A DNA stretch of 64,000 nucleotides from the NCBI GenBank assembly GCA_035308965.1, contig DATGFN010000015.1, positions 121,762 through 185,761 on the forward strand. Direction: 5' to 3'. Positions 58,724 through 64,000 of this stretch are shown piece by piece (position 1 is the first letter of the stretch; every line of letters begins with the position of its first letter). The notes beneath the pieces were generated by a model. That model was given only the letters and a program-made list of their open reading frames with translations. It did no database searches and had not been told where the DNA came from. The translations under genes and the position numbers were made by a program. Source of the stretch: Terriglobia bacterium (GTDB lineage Bacteria > Acidobacteriota > Terriglobia > UBA7540).

Positions 58724-59386
58724 ATGGCTGTCAGAATCGTACCGCAAGCTGTACCATCTTCCAAAACCAGAAAAGAAATCTCGCGAGCTGCAATTTACGC
58801 CCGGGTCTCGACTTCAAACAACGGCCAGTCCCCAGAAATGCAATTGCGCGAACTTCGTGAGTTCTGCGAGCGCCGGGGCTGGTCGGTCGCCAAGAAGTAC
58901 GTGGATGTCGGAATTTCCGGTAGCAAGGAAGATCGAGTCGAACTGAACTGCCTCATGGCTGATGCACATCGCAGGCGATTTGATACGGTCATTGTTTGGA
59001 AATTTGACCGCTTCGCCCGGTCTGTTTCTCACTTGCTTCGCGCCCTCGAAACTTTCAAGGCCCTTGGGATCGAATTCGTCTCCCTCTCGGAACAAATGGA
59101 CACCAGCACGCCTGCCGGCAAGATGGTCTTCACTGTCCTCGGTGCCGTGGCGGAACTCGAACGCAGCTTGATTTGAGAAAGAGTCCGCGCCGGAACCCGT
59201 CACGCTCGCTTGAAAGGAAAGAAACTCGGACGACCGCGGGTCGCCGTGGACACTATCAGCGTGGCAGCTCTGCGCGCTCAGGGGCAAAGCTGGAAAGAAA
59301 TCTCCACGAAGTTAGGAATCGGCAGAGGGGACGCGCAGCGAGCCGCCGGCAGAATGGCGCAGGGCTGCGAAGCAACAACTCAATAA
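58724..59386 (+). pseudogene. serine recombinase (resolvase/invertase family) with in-frame TGA at 59174-59176
   Basis: Catalytic N-terminus (AAIYARVSTSNNGQS...) followed by ...AELERSLI-TGA-ERVRAG.... Resolvases are conserved as ERSLIRERxxAG, so a single CGA to TGA change explains the stop. A C-terminal HTH follows (SWKEISTKLGIGRGD). Confidence 0.65.
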
Positions 59387-59599
59387 GCGCTTAAGCAAAG
59401 GCAGATTCTTGAGCGGCGCGACTAGAGCCTCATAAGAGATGGGGCCAATTTGGATATTCCTGATGACTCGGGCCGTCTTTCCTGCAGCGAGATGGATAAG
59501 CTGTGGTTACACTAGGGCGGCCACAAGGGTCGCCCCTACGATGGCATTTCTTCACGGCTTCAGGCGCCGGTCCGTTCCAGAATAGCGCCGAGCAAGGCC

Positions 59600-59947
59600 T
59601 CACCGCGTGGCTGCGTCGTAGCCCAGAATTTTTACCGCGAAAAGAAAAGTGCCGTCCTGGGATTCGGGTGTTTCAACACGGACAACTTCGCCTTTACAAC
59701 CCACTTCGAGCCCGGCTCTTCCAGCGACGGAAGCGGGCAGCGAGTAGTTCATGTGAATCGGTGTGTGAACTTTCATGGTTTGTTCTGCACGAAAGAGGAT
59801 GCCGCCGGAACTGATATTCGACGCGGTTCCCAGGCACCAGGCGGTCTGTTCTGGCTGACGAAACCTCAAAAGCATTTCCAGTGGGACACGCCCTGAGCGG
59901 CGAGCCTCGCGGCGTTTAAGTTTAAAAAGCTGCCTCAATTTATTCAT
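59600..59947 (-). CDS. PilZ domain protein
   Basis: RREARRSGRVPLEM...GTASNISSGGILF fits the PilZ RxxxR and D/NxSxxG motifs. Confidence 0.6.
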   Translation of the reverse strand: MNKLRQLFKLKRREARRSGRVPLEMLLRFRQPEQTAWCLGTASNISSGGILFRAEQTMKVHTPIHMNYSLPASVAGRAGLEVGCKGEVVRVETPESQDGTFLFAVKILGYDAATR

Positions 59948-60062
59948 CGAGCATCCTCCTCTGGAGATTCGTGGGAAGCTGATCAGGAAAGACGACGGAC
60001 CCGTCGGCCGACGGGTCCGCGCTACGCTTGCTGGTCGGCTTCGGTTTTGTGGTCACCCCTCA

Positions 60063-62111
60063 TTAAGGTGCGGCGACAGTCAGGCTATAGACACGGGTAC
60101 TGGTATTGCCGTTGGAATCTGTGGCCTGAAGGGAGAACGTATAGGTCCCAGCGGGAGCAGTGACGGTTCCGGTGATGTAACACACATTGGCGCTCGCGGG
60201 GCTAAGAGCCAGGCCGGCAGGAAGCGTGCTGCCCGAGGGGACGCTCCACGTGACAGGCGGGAAACCGCCCGTAGCGAGGAAATCCGTGCTATATGCCGCC
60301 CCCGATGTTGCACCTGGAAGAACACCGCTATTGTAGGAAGCGAGATACAACGGCGGTATGACAGAGACCGAAAAGGTGTAGGAGACCACGTGCGAAGCCG
60401 AGTCACCCACTTGGACTGGGAACGGAAAGGTGCCGCTTGAGGTCGGGGTTCCGGAAATCACTCCGGCAGCAGAGAGCGTCAACCCGGGGGGCAGCGACAC
60501 GCCCTCGTAAGTCCAAGTGTAAGGAGGGGTCGCGCCCGACGCCGTCAACGTCGAACTGTAAGGCGTCCCTTGGTGGGGCGACGGAGGGCTAGTCGTGCTT
60601 ATTGTAAGCCCTCCGGTGGACGGTGGAGCGACGACGGCCAGAGTATAGGCCTTGGTAGCGATATGCCCGGCGGTATCTGTGGCCTGAAGGGAGAACGTAT
60701 AGTTCCCGGGGGCAGCGGTTACCATTCCAACGCCTGCCGAGAGTCTACAAGTATTGGCACTCGAGGCGCTCACATTCAGGCCGGTCGGTAGTGCGCTGCC
60801 CGAGGCCACGCTGCACGAGAGTGGCGTGAACCCACCCGTAGCGAGGATATCGATGCTGTATGCACTTCCCTGTATTTCTGAGCCTGGAATAACACCGTTT
60901 GAGTAGGATGCGAAGGCCAATGTCCCTGGTACTGTGGCTGTAAAGGTGTAGGAGGCCGTGCGCGAAGCCGAATCAGTCACTTGGACTGGGAACGGAAAGG
61001 AGCCGCTCGCGGTCGGGGTTCCGGAAATCACCCCCGCAGCAGAGAGCGTCAAGCCGGGAGGCAGCGACACGCCCATGAAGGACCAGGTGTAAGGCGCAGT
61101 CCCACCCGTCGCCGCCAGGGTCGCGCTGTAGGCCTGACCGGGATAGCCGGGCCCAATTGAAGTGGTCGTGATGCCCAGCGGAGCCGCCGACGAAATCGAA
61201 TAATTGTAGGTGGCCGAATGCGACGCCGAGTCACTCACTTGGGCTGTGAACGAATAAGAACCGCTCGCCGTCGGCGTCCCGGAAATCGCTCCGGTACTCG
61301 AGAGCGTAAGGCCGGTAGGCAGCGTCCCACTGCTCAGGGTCCAACTGTAAGGCGAGGTCCCGCCCGTCGCGGCCAGGGTCGCGCTGTAAGCTGTCCCGGT
61401 GGTGCCGGCGGGAACCGAAGTGGTCGAAATCGCCAGCGGTGGGGTGGGCGGGGCTCCCATCGCAATCGAGGTCGAATAGGTGTAGCTGGCCGAGTTTGAG
61501 GCCGAATCTTTCACCGCGCCTACAAAAGAATAAGAGCCGCTGGTGGTAGGGGTTCCTGAAATCGCCCCGGCAGCAGAGAGGGTCAGGCCGGCCGGCAGCG
61601 CCCCGCTGCTCACGGACCACGTGTAAGGCGCAGTTCCACCTGTTGCCGTCAGGTTGGCGCTGTATGCTGTCCCGGTGGTGCCGATGGGAACTGAAGTGGT
61701 TGAAATCGCCAGCGGGCTGGCGGTCGTGTTGGTTGTGGTGGTCGTCGAAGACGTGGTCGCAGGCGCAAGTATGGTAAACGTTACCGAATTCGTTGTGACA
61801 TATGTTGTAGAGGTTTTGGTGACGGTACTCGGATACCTTACTGCGATGGATACTGTGCCGGCGGTGGCAAGCAACGTGGCCGGCACCGTAACCGACAGCT
61901 GCGTACTGCTGACGCCGACTGTGGATTGAGCGACGCCGTTCCACAGCACCATCGACCCGCTTCCAAAGCTTCCATTGACCGTCAAAGTGATGCTCCCGCT
62001 CCCGGCGGTCGCGCTGGTGGGCGAGATGGAGATGGTGGTGGCACTAAAAGCCGAAGACGCCAGAACCAGCACCATGACGAGAGTTGCGATTCCCAGCTTA
62101 AATCGTGACAT
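60063..62111 (-). CDS. secreted cell-surface protein composed of at least five tandem putative-Ig (He_PIG-like) domains
   Basis: RBS AAAGGGAGGGG lies before the ATG at 62111. After the signal peptide there are repeated units of about 90 aa (ISTTSVP.GTTGTAYSA.L.ATGGT.PYTW..S.G.LP.GLTLS..G.ISGTPT.SGS.). Confidence 0.7.
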   Translation of the reverse strand: MSRFKLGIATLVMVLVLASSAFSATTISISPTSATAGSGSITLTVNGSFGSGSMVLWNGVAQSTVGVSSTQLSVTVPATLLATAGTVSIAVRYPSTVTKTSTTYVTTNSVTFTILAPATTSSTTTTTNTTASPLAISTTSVPIGTTGTAYSANLTATGGTAPYTWSVSSGALPAGLTLSAAGAISGTPTTSGSYSFVGAVKDSASNSASYTYSTSIAMGAPPTPPLAISTTSVPAGTTGTAYSATLAATGGTSPYSWTLSSGTLPTGLTLSSTGAISGTPTASGSYSFTAQVSDSASHSATYNYSISSAAPLGITTTSIGPGYPGQAYSATLAATGGTAPYTWSFMGVSLPPGLTLSAAGVISGTPTASGSFPFPVQVTDSASRTASYTFTATVPGTLAFASYSNGVIPGSEIQGSAYSIDILATGGFTPLSCSVASGSALPTGLNVSASSANTCRLSAGVGMVTAAPGNYTFSLQATDTAGHIATKAYTLAVVAPPSTGGLTISTTSPPSPHQGTPYSSTLTASGATPPYTWTYEGVSLPPGLTLSAAGVISGTPTSSGTFPFPVQVGDSASHVVSYTFSVSVIPPLYLASYNSGVLPGATSGAAYSTDFLATGGFPPVTWSVPSGSTLPAGLALSPASANVCYITGTVTAPAGTYTFSLQATDSNGNTSTRVYSLTVAAP

Positions 62112-62441
62112 AACCCCTCCCTTTAAGGTCGAATGCGGGCCGGAATTTGCCGCGCTCCTGCATGACCTCTTCACTACAGTTTTGAATTAGGGTCAGCCCT
62201 ATACCGGCCCTTGTTGGAATAAACGCAAACGGCGGGCGAAAAACCGCAAGGTTTGAAAAAATATTTTGCAGGGGCGCGGCTGGAGTGTTGGAGCGTCGCT
62301 CTATGCGCGTCGTTTTCTTTAAGACGGTCGCAGACTGCCTCTACCGTCAAAAGTCCGGCCATGGGAGCCCAAAAGATTCAAAAAACTTCCCTGAAATGAA
62401 CGTGGTAAGATACCCGCCAGCGCAAAACCAACGAGGATTTA

Positions 62442-63026
62442 ATGGCAGGGCTGTCCGGAAGCGATGTATCCCAGCTTTTGCTGGCTTGGAACGGAGGAGA
62501 CGACCGCGCGCTGGAAAAGCTCATGCCCATCGTGTACGACGAGCTGCGCCGGATGGCCCACCAGTACATGGCTCTCCAGCAGCCGGGCCACACCCTGCAG
62601 AGCACCGCGCTGGTGAATGAGGTTTATCTGCGTCTGGTGGATTCTGCCAATGCCAGTTGGCAAAATCGAATTCATTTCTTTGCAGTGTGCGCCCGGGCGA
62701 TGCGGCAGATTCTGGTGGATTGGGCGCGGTCCCGCCAGGCGCAGAAGCGAGGCGGCGAAGTCCGGCCGCTTCAGCTGGACGAACCCTTGGCCGTCACCGA
62801 GGCGCAGGATGTGGACCTGATCGCTTTGGACCAGGCCTTAAATTCCCTGGCCGCCATGGATCCCCGCCGCAGCCGGGTGGTGGAACTGCACTTCTTCGGG
62901 GGCCTCGACCTGGAGGAAACGGCCGAGGTGATGAAGGTTTCCAGCGATACGGTGCTGCGCGACTGGAAGCTGGCCAAGAGTTGGCTGCGCTGTGAGATGA
63001 GCGGAGAAAAGTTGGATGGATCCTGA
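62442..63026 (+). CDS. ECF-type RNA polymerase sigma-70 factor (TIGR02999-like)
   Basis: Sigma-2 and sigma-4 regions ([28 protein letters not shown]...; C-terminal [28 protein letters not shown]). Confidence 0.85.
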   Translation: MAGLSGSDVSQLLLAWNGGDDRALEKLMPIVYDELRRMAHQYMALQQPGHTLQSTALVNEVYLRLVDSANASWQNRIHFFAVCARAMRQILVDWARSRQAQKRGGEVRPLQLDEPLAVTEAQDVDLIALDQALNSLAAMDPRRSRVVELHFFGGLDLEETAEVMKVSSDTVLRDWKLAKSWLRCEMSGEKLDGS

Positions 63027-64000
63027 GCGTTGGCAGAAAATCGCCGAGATCTACCAGGCCGCGCTTGACGAGGAACCAGGCCGCAGAGCTGCTTTCCTGG
63101 AGCAAGCCTGCGGCGGGGATGACGCCCTGCGGCGGGCCGTGGAAAAGCTGCTGGCACAGAACGAGAAAGACGATGACTTCCTGGAAGTGGCGGCGCTGGA
63201 CGTGGCGGCCAAGGGGGTGGCTCAGGATCAGGCCCGCCATCCTGAGGCGCCGGTGCAACCTGACGTCCTGGTGGGCAGTACGATCTCGCATTACCGTGTC
63301 CTCCAAAAGCTGGGTGGCGGGGGCATGGGGGTCGTTTACAAGGCGAAGGACACGCGCCTGGGCCGCGAAGTGGCTCTGAAGTTTCTGCCCAGCGTCACAA
63401 GTATTGGTTCGTCAGGAAACGCGCAAGATCCCGCCCACAGCCCACTGAGTGCGGCGGCCCTGCATGATTCACAAGCGCGCGAGCGCTTCCAGCGCGAAGC
63501 GCGCGCCGCCTCGGCACTCAACCATCCCAACATCTGTACGGTTCACGACATTGACGAGTTTGAGGGCTACCCCCTCATCGCCATGGAGCTTCTGGAAGGC
63601 CGCACCCTGAAAGAACTACTGGTAGGGGCGGGCCTCGCCCCCGCCCATGGTCGTCCACAAGGGGCGCCCCTGGCGATTGAAAACCTCCTCGATCTCTCGA
63701 TCCAAATTGCCGACGCTCTGGACGCGGCCCACAGCAAGGGCATCATTCACCGGGACATCAAACCGGCCAACATTTTCGTCACCAGCCGCGGCGTGCCCAA
63801 GGTTTTGGATTTTGGCCTGGCGAAAATACAGGAATTAGGAATTAGGAGTTCGGAATTAGTGGCCGACCCGTCATTGTCCAGGAGCGAAGAGAAAACGTCC
63901 GATCCCCCCCTAATTCCTAATTCCGAATTCCTAATCCCTGGTTCACATCTCACCACCCCAGGCAGCGCCGTGGGCACTGTGGCCTACATGTCGCCGGAGC
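63016..64000 (+). CDS. Ser/Thr protein kinase; 3' end outside window; ORF overlaps the sigma-factor gene by 11 nt
   Basis: ATG at 63016 (ATGGATCCTGA overlap). Kinase motifs are present: [13 protein letters not shown]...[20 protein letters not shown], ...GTVAYMSPE. The track ORF is absent because no stop falls inside the window. Confidence 0.8.
   Translation, partial: MDPERWQKIAEIYQAALDEEPGRRAAFLEQACGGDDALRRAVEKLLAQNEKDDDFLEVAALDVAAKGVAQDQARHPEAPVQPDVLVGSTISHYRVLQKLGGGGMGVVYKAKDTRLGREVALKFLPSVTSIGSSGNAQDPAHSPLSAAALHDSQARERFQREARAASALNHPNICTVHDIDEFEGYPLIAMELLEGRTLKELLVGAGLAPAHGRPQGAPLAIENLLDLSIQIADALDAAHSKGIIHRDIKPANIFVTSRGVPKVLDFGLAKIQELGIRSSELVADPSLSRSEEKTSDPPLIPNSEFLIPGSHLTTPGSAVGTVAYMSPE
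63831..63937. repeat. AT-rich palindromic repeat (GGAATTAG units, about 27-bp arms) inserted in-frame inside the kinase activation-loop coding region
   Basis: Left arm ggaattaggaattaggagttcggaattag and right arm ctaattcctaattccgaattcctaatcc. 107 nt of about 35% GC inside a gene of about 65% GC. The reading frame stays open through it. Confidence 0.6.

Noticed and set aside
1-64000. CRISPR arrays or cas genes
   Set aside because: No regularly spaced direct repeats of 24-48 bp with unique spacers were seen. The palindromic repeats found are single inverted pairs, not arrays.

Overview
This is a high-GC (~60%) bacterial chromosomal segment, probably Acidobacteria-like, judged from the ECF-sigma/Ser-Thr-kinase pair, a CadC-type regulator fused to a TolB propeller, and the layout of the respiratory operon. 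The window holds five blocks. (1) Housekeeping genes: a heptosyltransferase, YihY, comEC, rlmD, coaX-birA-valS and a response regulator with a long Pro/Ala/Glu-rich tail. (2) About 15.7 kb on the minus strand (about 15.0-30.7 kb) that looks like one respiratory operon. It encodes Rieske, a split cytochrome b, a 1076-aa membrane cytochrome c with 8 CXXCH motifs, a cupredoxin-like lipoprotein, aa3-type oxidase subunits II/I/III/III'/IV, CtaA, CtaB and accessory genes. (3) A flotillin gene, then a fluoride riboswitch-crcB-DUF190 module, a TPR cytochrome with 7 CXXCH motifs, a PilZ protein, and GH127 and sialidase-like hydrolases. (4) A roughly 4.3-kb low-GC island (about 40.76-45.03 kb) bounded by inverted repeats with an 18-bp perfect core. 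It carries an IS1-like transposase plus cargo: an HslV/proteasome-like peptidase, small zinc-ribbon proteins and membrane proteins. (5) Proline dehydrogenase, a GH127 gene interrupted by an in-frame TAG, a CadC/TolB regulator, OmpA-family proteins, and a decayed integrative-element remnant made of a tRNA 3' fragment, two excisionase-type HTH genes and a serine recombinase with an in-frame TGA. The window ends with a PilZ protein, a large protein built of tandem Ig-like domains, and an ECF sigma factor whose ORF overlaps a Ser/Thr kinase that carries an AT-rich palindromic insertion in its activation loop. Several intergenic regions contain AT-rich nested palindromic repeats that stand out against the GC-rich background. 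Most long antisense ORFs in the provided track are GC-driven artifacts lying inside real genes.
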